In this document: positions 1 to 6,484 of the stretch, one piece after another
How the letters are laid out: the number at the start of each line of letters is the position of its first letter
Numbering within the stretch: the first letter of the stretch is position 1
DNA from: Elusimicrobiota bacterium
GTDB lineage: Bacteria > Elusimicrobiota > Elusimicrobia > UBA1565
Direction: 5' to 3'
DNA: 10,265 nucleotides
Assembly: GCA_043827405.1 (NCBI GenBank)
Contig: JBDRPD010000006.1
Coordinates: 1-10,265, forward strand
Notes under the pieces: generated by a model
Told to the model about the DNA's origin: nothing
What the model saw: only the letters and a program-made list of their open reading frames with translations
Databases searched by the model: none
Position numbers and translations under genes: made by a program

Positions 1-2
1 AG

Positions 3-1229
3 GACGATCACTATTTCGGAAAGGCCCTCGATGAGCTGCCGGGCCTCAGCAAGGACCGCGCCTTTTGGACTTATTACCTGGACCATCTCCGCGACGGCCG
101 GCGCGCCGCCGGTGCGCTTGCACGGCACGGGCGGCGCCACGCCTTTTATTTCGACTTCCTTTCATTGACGGACATCGTGGATATTCGCGCCCGGGCCTTC
201 CGGGTCCTGCGCGATCTGGCACCCCTGAAACGGAACCTGCCGCCGCTGGAGATCGGACCCTTCAAAAGCCGCACCTTTTCCTTAAGGTTCTTTCGGGACA
301 TGATTATTCACCGCGCGCCCATCCTGGAAATGAGCGTATATATCGGCTTTGCCCGGCTGCTCCGGCACACGCGCGCACGGACCGTCGTATATCCATATGA
401 GGAAAAGGGCATTGAACGCGCGCTCCTGTTCGCCTGCGGCGACCAGGACCGGCCCATCCGCACCGTCGCCTTTGCGCATGCGGTCTATAACGAGGGACAC
501 TTCTACCTCGACGGTCGCGCCGGAGACTGCGCGCCGCCGCGGCCCGATACCGTGGCCGCGACCAGCGACGGCCGCGTACAGCAGATTGAAAAGCGCACGC
601 ACCGGTCGGCCGGGACGATCCCCGCCGTCGGCAGTCCCCGCCATGTAGCGGGCGCGGCCGCTCCGCCGTCCGCGGAATACCGCCGAAAACTGCGCGTCCT
701 GGCACTAATCGGCCACGGCTTCGAGCTGGAGGCTCTCGCCAACCTGGCCGAGAACGGGACGGAGGTCTTCCGGGACTGCGAGCTGCTCGTGCGGTGCTAC
801 CCCTACGGCTGGGCCGAACGGCAAACGCGCGCCGCCCAACGCATCCGTACTCAGCTCCCGGAGACCCGCATCGAAATCGGCAGCATGGAAGAACAGATAC
901 GGTGGTGCGACGTCGCGCTCTTTGATTCGACCTCGGCCGGCATACACTGCATGCTCCGGGGCCGCCCCGCGATACACCTCGCACTCCACGATTTTTTTCC
1001 GGTCAACCCGTTCGGCGGGCACAACGACAGCGGAGCGCCGGAGCATTGCGCCGATGCCGGCGCTCTCCGCGGGGCGCTCGCGCGTTTCCGCGCGATGACC
1101 CGCAAGGAGTACCTAGCCGCCGCGGCGCGGCAGATGCGGGCGGCCGCAGGCATCTACGCGCCGCTTGACCGCGCGCGCTGGGCGCTGGCGCTCGGCGCGA
1201 AGGCCGCGGCCGGGAGAACGAACGAATGA
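3..1229 (+). CDS. 5'-partial surface carbohydrate biosynthesis protein, probable GT-B-fold transferase (reminiscent of the LIC13510-type / capsule-biosynthesis orphan families)
   Basis: The frame of ORF 165..1229 is open with no stop back to nt 3 (DDHYFGKALDELPGLSKDRAFWTYYLDHLRDGRRAAGALARHGRRHAFYFDFLSL-TDIV...), so TTG165 is unlikely to be the real start. Motif order DHYFG, YPYEEKGIERAL, AFAHA, VGSPR, VRCYP, DSTSAG...GRP resembles two Rossmann-like GT-B domains. The stop overlaps the next ATG (ATGA 1226-1229). The family call is tentative. Confidence 0.6.
   Translation, partial: DDHYFGKALDELPGLSKDRAFWTYYLDHLRDGRRAAGALARHGRRHAFYFDFLSLTDIVDIRARAFRVLRDLAPLKRNLPPLEIGPFKSRTFSLRFFRDMIIHRAPILEMSVYIGFARLLRHTRARTVVYPYEEKGIERALLFACGDQDRPIRTVAFAHAVYNEGHFYLDGRAGDCAPPRPDTVAATSDGRVQQIEKRTHRSAGTIPAVGSPRHVAGAAAPPSAEYRRKLRVLALIGHGFELEALANLAENGTEVFRDCELLVRCYPYGWAERQTRAAQRIRTQLPETRIEIGSMEEQIRWCDVALFDSTSAGIHCMLRGRPAIHLALHDFFPVNPFGGHNDSGAPEHCADAGALRGALARFRAMTRKEYLAAAARQMRAAAGIYAPLDRARWALALGAKAAAGRTNE
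1212..1216 (+). promoter_or_regulatory. Shine-Dalgarno-like site for the kdsB-like gene
   Basis: GGGAG ending 9 nt upstream of ATG1226. Confidence 0.5.
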
Positions 1230-2002
1230 GCAAAAATATAACTTTAGGCGTGATACCGGCGCGCATGGGCTCCTCGCGCTTCCCCGGCAAGCCGCTCGAG
1301 CTGATCGACGGCAAGCCGATGATCTGGCATATCTGGCGCCGCAGCCGCCTGAGCGGCCTCGACGACGTCGTCATCGCGACCTGCGACCAGGAGATCCTCG
1401 ACGCGGCCGAGGCCTTCGGCGCGCAGGCGATCATGACGTCGGACAAGCATACCCGCTGCAACGACCGCGTCGCCGAAGCCGCGCGCGCGTTTCCGCACGA
1501 GATCGTCCTCAACATCCAGGGCGATGAGCCCCTGGTTCATCCGCAGCTTATTGACGACATCCTCGCGCTGTTCCGCGAGCGCCCCGAGGTCCAGTGCGTC
1601 AACCCTATCGCCGAGCTGACCGACCCGAAGGAGCTCGAATCTCCGAATACGGTCAAAGTTGTATACAATCTCGACGGCCGCGTCCTGTACTTCTCACGCT
1701 ACCCTATACCGTCCGACTGGGTCAACAAGCGGCAGGGCGCGGTTTATCGCCAGGTCCCGATCCTGGGCTTCCGCCGTGATTTCTTCTTCAAGCTCTCGAG
1801 CCTGCCGGAAAGCCCGCTCGAGATCCAGGAGGGGGTCGACATGATGCGCGCCGTGGAAAACAATATGCCGGTTGATATTCTAAAGACTCCCTACCAGACC
1901 ATCGGCGTCGATGTCCCGGAGGATGTCCGGCGCGTCGAGCAAGCGCTGGCCGACGACCCCATCTATCCCCGGTACCGGGAAACGACGGAGAGAAATGTAT
2001 GA
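1226..2002 (+). CDS. kdsB: 3-deoxy-manno-octulosonate cytidylyltransferase family protein (CMP-Kdo synthetase-like, divergent subfamily)
   Basis: 258 aa; IPARMGSSRFPGKPL CTP-binding signature, NIQGDEP, PNTVKVV, LYFSRYPIP and GVDVPED. Sugar-side motifs deviate from canonical KdsB (see findings). Confidence 0.88.
   Translation: MSKNITLGVIPARMGSSRFPGKPLELIDGKPMIWHIWRRSRLSGLDDVVIATCDQEILDAAEAFGAQAIMTSDKHTRCNDRVAEAARAFPHEIVLNIQGDEPLVHPQLIDDILALFRERPEVQCVNPIAELTDPKELESPNTVKVVYNLDGRVLYFSRYPIPSDWVNKRQGAVYRQVPILGFRRDFFFKLSSLPESPLEIQEGVDMMRAVENNMPVDILKTPYQTIGVDVPEDVRRVEQALADDPIYPRYRETTERNV
1987..1990 (+). promoter_or_regulatory. Shine-Dalgarno-like site for the aldolase gene
   Basis: GGAG ending 8 nt upstream of ATG1999. 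Confidence 0.5.
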
Positions 2003-2781
2003 ACAGCCAAGATGTCCGCAAAAAACTCGCTGCAGGACAAGCGACGCTGGGATCCTGGATAACCTTCACCGATCCCTCGGTGGCCGAGATTCAAGCCCGC
2101 GCCGGCTACGACTGGCTGGCGGTGGACATGGAGCACAGCCCGATCACGCTGGATATCGCTCAGGACCTCATCCGCGTCATCGCGCTCTGCGGCGTCTGCC
2201 CGCTGGTGCGCGTACCCGCCAACGACCCCACGATCATCAAACGCGTCCTGGACGCCGGCGCCGAGGGGATCATCGTGCCGATGGTCAACAGCCGCCGGGA
2301 CGCGGAGAACGCCGTGGCCGCGGCCCGGTATCCGGTCCGCGGACGGCGCAGCGTCGGTATTGCCCGCGCCCAGGGCTTCGGGCCGGGCTTCAAGCGCTAC
2401 GTCCGGGAGGCCGGCGACTCGGTGCTCGTCGTCGTCCAGATCGAGCATATCGAGGCGGTCAGAAAGATCGACTCCATACTTAAAGTCAAGGGAATCGACG
2501 CCTTCATGGTCGGCCCTTACGACCTGTCCGGCTCGATGGGCATCCCGGGACAGCTCGACAACCCCAAAGTCGCCGAAGCCCTCAAGAAGGTCGCCGCGGC
2601 CGGCCGCAAGGCCAAGGTTCCCGCCGGAGTCCACATCGTATACCCCGAGCCGGAACGGATGGCGGCGCGGCGCGAAGAGGGCTTCCAGTTCCTCGCCTAC
2701 GGCGTGGACTTTCTCTTTCTCGGCGAGACCTCGCGCGCCGGCGTAAAGCGAATCCGCGCCGACCTGGAGAAATGCAAATGA
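1999..2781 (+). CDS. HpcH/HpaI family class II (metal-dependent) pyruvate aldolase, GarL/RhmA-like
   Basis: 260 aa; GYDWLAVDMEHS, LVRVP (catalytic Arg), RVLDAGAEGIIVPMV, RYPVRGRRSVG, VVQIEH (metal Glu) and VGPYDLSGSMG (metal Asp). Confidence 0.93.
   Translation: MNSQDVRKKLAAGQATLGSWITFTDPSVAEIQARAGYDWLAVDMEHSPITLDIAQDLIRVIALCGVCPLVRVPANDPTIIKRVLDAGAEGIIVPMVNSRRDAENAVAAARYPVRGRRSVGIARAQGFGPGFKRYVREAGDSVLVVVQIEHIEAVRKIDSILKVKGIDAFMVGPYDLSGSMGIPGQLDNPKVAEALKKVAAAGRKAKVPAGVHIVYPEPERMAARREEGFQFLAYGVDFLFLGETSRAGVKRIRADLEKCK
2766..2769 (+). promoter_or_regulatory. Shine-Dalgarno-like site supporting the ATG2778 start
   Basis: GGAG is 8 nt upstream of ATG2778 but only 2 nt upstream of ATG2772. Confidence 0.45.
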
Positions 2782-3818
2782 GCCGCCGGCGGAGCCTGCG
2801 CGTCGGCATCGCCGGCTACGGAGTCGTCGGCAAACGCCGCCGGCTGTTCGTCGACACCCACCCGAACCTCAAGACCGTGGCGGTCTGCGACCAGAAATTC
2901 ACCGGCACCGGGCGCCTGCCCGACGGCACGCGCCACTACCGCCATTACCGCCAACTGCTGCAGCGGGACCTCGACATCCTGTTTGTCTGCCTGCCCAATT
3001 ATCTCGCCGCCGACGCCACAATCGCCGGATTGGAGCGCGGCCTGCACGTCTTCTGCGAAAAGCCTCCCGGGCGCACCGTCTCCGACATTCTGGCGGTCCG
3101 CGCGGCCGAGAAGAAGCATCCCAAGCTCAAGCTGAAATACGGCTTCAACCACCGCTACCACTACTCGGTGCGGGACGCGCTCAAGATTTGCCGCCGCCGC
3201 GAGCTCGGCGAGCTCGTCAATATGCGCGGCGTATACGGCAAAAGCAAGATCATCCCGTTTTCCGGCGGCTGGCGCGCGCACCGCAAATACGCCGGCGGCG
3301 GCATCCTGCTCGACCAGGGCATCCACATGATCGACATCATGCGCCTTTTCGCCGGCGATTTCATCGCGGCGAAGAGCTACGTATCCAACAGCTACTGGCA
3401 CCATGACGTCGAGGATAACGCTTACGCCTTGCTGCGAGACCGCAAAGGCCGCGTCGCGATGCTGCATTCAACGGCGACCCAATGGGCGCATCGATTCGAC
3501 CTCGAGGTGGCGTTCCAGGAAGGCTACTTCCGCCTCCAGGGCATTCTGTCCGGGTCCAAGAGCTACGGCCAGGAACGCCTGATCATCGGACGGCGCGACG
3601 AGTCCGACTCCGGAGCATCCCGCGAGGAGACGATCACCTATCTGCAGGATGACTCCTGGCGCGACGAGATATATGAATTCGCCGGCGCCGTAATAAACAA
3701 CAAGCGCATTCAGTCGGGATCGAGCGCGGACGCGCTCGCCGTGATGCGGACCGTATACCGCATCTACAACTCCGACGAGGAATGGCGCACCGCGCACCGC
3801 ATAGAACATGTCAAATAA
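2778..3818 (+). CDS. Gfo/Idh/MocA family NAD(P)-dependent oxidoreductase
   Basis: VGIAGYGVVG Rossmann motif, GLHVFCEKPP, YGFNHRY, WR...AGGGILLDQGIH and DVEDNA. Start placed at 2778 (ATGA overlap and SD spacing) rather than 2772; 346 aa. Confidence 0.92.
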   Translation: MSRRRSLRVGIAGYGVVGKRRRLFVDTHPNLKTVAVCDQKFTGTGRLPDGTRHYRHYRQLLQRDLDILFVCLPNYLAADATIAGLERGLHVFCEKPPGRTVSDILAVRAAEKKHPKLKLKYGFNHRYHYSVRDALKICRRRELGELVNMRGVYGKSKIIPFSGGWRAHRKYAGGGILLDQGIHMIDIMRLFAGDFIAAKSYVSNSYWHHDVEDNAYALLRDRKGRVAMLHSTATQWAHRFDLEVAFQEGYFRLQGILSGSKSYGQERLIIGRRDESDSGASREETITYLQDDSWRDEIYEFAGAVINNKRIQSGSSADALAVMRTVYRIYNSDEEWRTAHRIEHVK

Positions 3819-4722
3819 CAAGATACTCATCGGACCATCATCATTTGCCGCGACGGACAAAGAGGCCTTGGACCGCCTGCTGGCGGCCGGCTGCGAGGTC
3901 GTCCCGAATCCGCACGGACGCAAGCTCACGAAAGAGGAGATGTTCAGCCTGCTGACGCCGGATGTCGTAGGCCTCATCGCGGGGCTCGAACCGCTCGATG
4001 ATGAGGTGCTGAGCCGGTCGAAGCTGAAGGTCGTTTCGCGCGTGGGGTCCGGCGTATCGAATATTGATCTGGCCGCCGCGCAGCGGCTCAGCATCGCCGT
4101 CCGCACAACTCCGACCGGCCCTGTGCAGGCCGTCGCCGAGCTCACGCTGGGCGCGCTCCTCTGCATCCTGCGGGATATCCCCGCCTTCGACCGGGACATG
4201 CGCGCCGGAACCTGGAAGAAGCGCACCGGCGTCCAGCTCGCGGGCAAGACCGCCGCCGTCATCGGCTTCGGCCGCATCGGCCGCCGCGTCGCCGAGCTGC
4301 TTAAGGCCTTCGGCGTCAAGCTGATTGCGGTCGACCCGGCCTACGACGGCGAAGTCGAGGGCGTTGCCCGCCGCGAACTGCCGGAAGCGCTGAGCGGGGC
4401 CGACATCGTCGCCCTGCACTGCGCCGGAGAGAAGCAGCTCCTGGGAAAAGGAGAGCTCGCATTGATGCGGCGCGGCGCCTACCTGCTCAACGCCGCGCGC
4501 GGCACTCTGATCGACGAAGCCGCGCTTCTCGACGCTCTTAACAGCGGACATATCGCCGGGGCCTGGCTGGACACCTTCCCCGCCGAACCTTATGCCGGCC
4601 CGCTGGCGCATCATCCGCGGATGCTCACGACGCCGCATGTCGGCTCCTATACCCGCGAGTGCCGCAAATCCATGGAGATGGAAGCCGTGACCAATCTGCT
4701 CGACGTTCTCGGCACGCCATGA
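3808..4722 (+). CDS. D-isomer-specific 2-hydroxyacid dehydrogenase, phosphoglycerate dehydrogenase (SerA)-like, no ACT domain
   Basis: 304 aa; SRVGSGVSNID, AVAELT, IGFGRIG...AVDP (NAD-type), and an intact Arg/Glu/His catalytic set in LNAARG, LDTFPAEP and TPHVG. Confidence 0.9.
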   Translation: MSNNKILIGPSSFAATDKEALDRLLAAGCEVVPNPHGRKLTKEEMFSLLTPDVVGLIAGLEPLDDEVLSRSKLKVVSRVGSGVSNIDLAAAQRLSIAVRTTPTGPVQAVAELTLGALLCILRDIPAFDRDMRAGTWKKRTGVQLAGKTAAVIGFGRIGRRVAELLKAFGVKLIAVDPAYDGEVEGVARRELPEALSGADIVALHCAGEKQLLGKGELALMRRGAYLLNAARGTLIDEAALLDALNSGHIAGAWLDTFPAEPYAGPLAHHPRMLTTPHVGSYTRECRKSMEMEAVTNLLDVLGTP

Positions 4723-5495
4723 GCCTGTCCGCCGCGGAGATCCGGGAATTGCTGGATACCGCGGTGCAGGGCACCGCTGCGGCCATGCCGGTGCTGGGGA
4801 CGGCGTCGGCCGCCGTGATCGAAAGCGAGACTCGACACGACGTCAAGATCAGCGCCGACCGCGAAAGCGAGGGCCGCATCAGAGAAGCGCTGTCGCAAGC
4901 GACAAATTTTCCCATCCTCGGAGAAGAGTCGGGGCTCAGCGGCGCCGACCGGGAGGATGGTCTGCGCTGGATCATCGACCCCCTCGACGGCACCCACAAC
5001 TACCTGCGCGGCATCCCGCTCTACTGCATCTCCATCGGCCTATGGTGCGGTGAACGCCCCGTGCTCGGAGTTGTCCGCGATATCGTGCGGGGAGAAATCT
5101 TCTGCGGCGCGGCGGAGGAAGCGCTGTCCGGCGCCTGGCTCCGTCCCGCGGGAGAACAGCTCCGCGTCAGCGGCACGACCGCGAAGAGCCGGGCGGTTCT
5201 TTGCACCGGCTTTCCCGCGGCGACCGATTTCTCCGCGCCGGCGGTTTCGAGCTTCATCGGCGAGGTCCGCGCTTTTCGCAAAGTACGCCTGCTCGGCTCG
5301 GCGGCGCTGTCGCTGGCCTATGTCGCGGCCGGCCGCGCCGACGCCTATCGCGAAAACGACATCCGGGTTTGGGACGTGGCGGCCGGGCTGGCCGTCGTTC
5401 TCGGCGCCGGAGGTAAAATAGAAATTTCCCCGTCCGAAAAGGTACACTGCTACAGAGTTTTTGCATCCAACGGCCGCCTCGACCGGGACCCATGA
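4719..5495 (+). CDS. Inositol monophosphatase (SuhB/FIG superfamily) phosphatase
   Basis: ADRESE, ILGEE, WIIDPLDGTHNY, RLLGSAALSLAYVAAGRADAY and WDVAAG. Start placed at ATG4719 (ATGA overlap with the upstream stop) instead of 4659; 258 aa. Confidence 0.92.
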   Translation: MSLSAAEIRELLDTAVQGTAAAMPVLGTASAAVIESETRHDVKISADRESEGRIREALSQATNFPILGEESGLSGADREDGLRWIIDPLDGTHNYLRGIPLYCISIGLWCGERPVLGVVRDIVRGEIFCGAAEEALSGAWLRPAGEQLRVSGTTAKSRAVLCTGFPAATDFSAPAVSSFIGEVRAFRKVRLLGSAALSLAYVAAGRADAYRENDIRVWDVAAGLAVVLGAGGKIEISPSEKVHCYRVFASNGRLDRDP

Positions 5496-6484
5496 AAGAG
5501 AAACTCCCCAAGACCAACTCGGCGATCCTGCGCTCAATCCGCGCCGTCATCGGCATGGAGGCCGACACCCTGCTGCTGACGCGCGCCGCCATCAACAAAT
5601 CTTTTGCCGACGCCGTCCGCCTGCTGGCGGCCTGCCGCGGCAAAATCATCGTAACCGGCACCGGCAAATCAGGCCTGATCGGACAAAAGATCGCCGCGAC
5701 ATTCGCCTCGACGGGTACGCCGGCTCTCTACCTGCACCCGACGGACTGCCTGCACGGCAGTCTCGGGACCATTCAGCGCAAGGACCTCGTGCTGGCCATC
5801 GGGAAATCAGGAGAATCCCACGAGCTCCTCGACATCCTTCCCGCGCTGCAAAGACTGCGCGTCAAAATCATCGTGCTGTCCGCCAGCCCGCGCTCCAGCC
5901 TCGCCCGGGGCGCTTCGCTGGCCTTGACCGTCCCGCTGAAGGAAGAGGCCTGCCCGCTCGACTTGGCGCCGACCTGCAGCACGACGGCGGCATTGGCCGT
6001 CGGCGACGCGCTCGCCGTGACGCTCATGAAGCTCCGCGGCTTCCACCAGCGGGACTTCGCCCAGCTCCACCCGGGAGGCCAGCTCGGCAAGAGGCTGACG
6101 CTGACCGTCGGCGACATCATGCACGCCGGGAAAAACAACCCGACGGTGCGCCTCGATGCGCCGGCGTCAAAGATGCTCATCGAGCTCACGCGCAAACATA
6201 CGGGAGCGGTTTCCATCGTCGACCGCCGCGGCCGGCTCGTCGGCCTGATCACGGACTACGATCTGCGCCGCATTTTAGAGAAGGGCGCGGACATCCGCGC
6301 GCAGAGCCTCCGTTCGATCATGAACCCCCGGCCGACCCATGTGCAGCCCAAAACCCTCGCGATCGAAGCCATGCGGCTGATGCTCGAGCGCAAAAAACCG
6401 TTCGCCGTCCTTCCTGTCGTCGACGCTAAAGGCATCGCGGTCGGGATGATACATCTCCACGATATCCGGGAAATCGGCTTATGA
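5492..6484 (+). CDS. kdsD: KpsF/GutQ/KdsD family sugar-phosphate isomerase (arabinose-5-phosphate isomerase-like; SIS + CBS pair)
   Basis: 330 aa; TGTGKSGLIG.KIAATFASTGTPA, HPTDCLHGSLG, KSGES, EEACPLDLAPTCSTT, GDALAV, FAQLHPGGQLG, then CBS motifs (VGDIMH, GLITDYDLRR, LPVVD...GMIHLHDI). Confidence 0.9.
   Translation: MKEKLPKTNSAILRSIRAVIGMEADTLLLTRAAINKSFADAVRLLAACRGKIIVTGTGKSGLIGQKIAATFASTGTPALYLHPTDCLHGSLGTIQRKDLVLAIGKSGESHELLDILPALQRLRVKIIVLSASPRSSLARGASLALTVPLKEEACPLDLAPTCSTTAALAVGDALAVTLMKLRGFHQRDFAQLHPGGQLGKRLTLTVGDIMHAGKNNPTVRLDAPASKMLIELTRKHTGAVSIVDRRGRLVGLITDYDLRRILEKGADIRAQSLRSIMNPRPTHVQPKTLAIEAMRLMLERKKPFAVLPVVDAKGIAVGMIHLHDIREIGL

Noticed and set aside
165..167. TTG start proposed for the 354-aa ORF
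   Set aside because: The frame is open to the window edge and the upstream translation looks protein-like (DHYFG...), so the gene starts before the window.
4659..4718. N-terminal extension of the IMPase ORF
   Set aside because: It overlaps the dehydrogenase by 64 nt and has no family-like sequence; ATG4719 gives the ATGA coupling seen throughout the operon.
1999..4722. Reading aldolase + two dehydrogenases as a sugar-acid or aromatic catabolic operon
   Set aside because: No transporter, regulator, sugar-acid dehydratase or kinase is present, and the genes are overlap-coupled between kdsB-like and kdsD-like genes within a glycosyltransferase operon. Disfavoured but not formally excluded.
5410..5470. 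Locally AT-richer stretch at the end of the IMPase gene as an internal promoter for kdsD
   Set aside because: No convincing -35/-10 pair; it can be explained by Lys/Ile/Phe/Tyr codons.
3808..5495. Assigning gene symbols serA and suhB
   Set aside because: Only family-level motifs are visible; there is no ACT domain, and the context argues for pathway-specific paralogues.
5461..6429. 322-aa alternative-frame + strand ORF over the kdsD-like gene
   Set aside because: R/P/H-rich, motif-free sequence typical of off-frame translation in high-GC DNA; the other frame carries all SIS/CBS motifs.
1226..6484. Ordinary group-2 capsule kpsF/kpsU pair relying on housekeeping KdsA
   Set aside because: Possible, but it does not explain the four intervening enzymes or the altered KdsB sugar motifs, and no kpsC/S/E/D/M/T is recognisable in the window.
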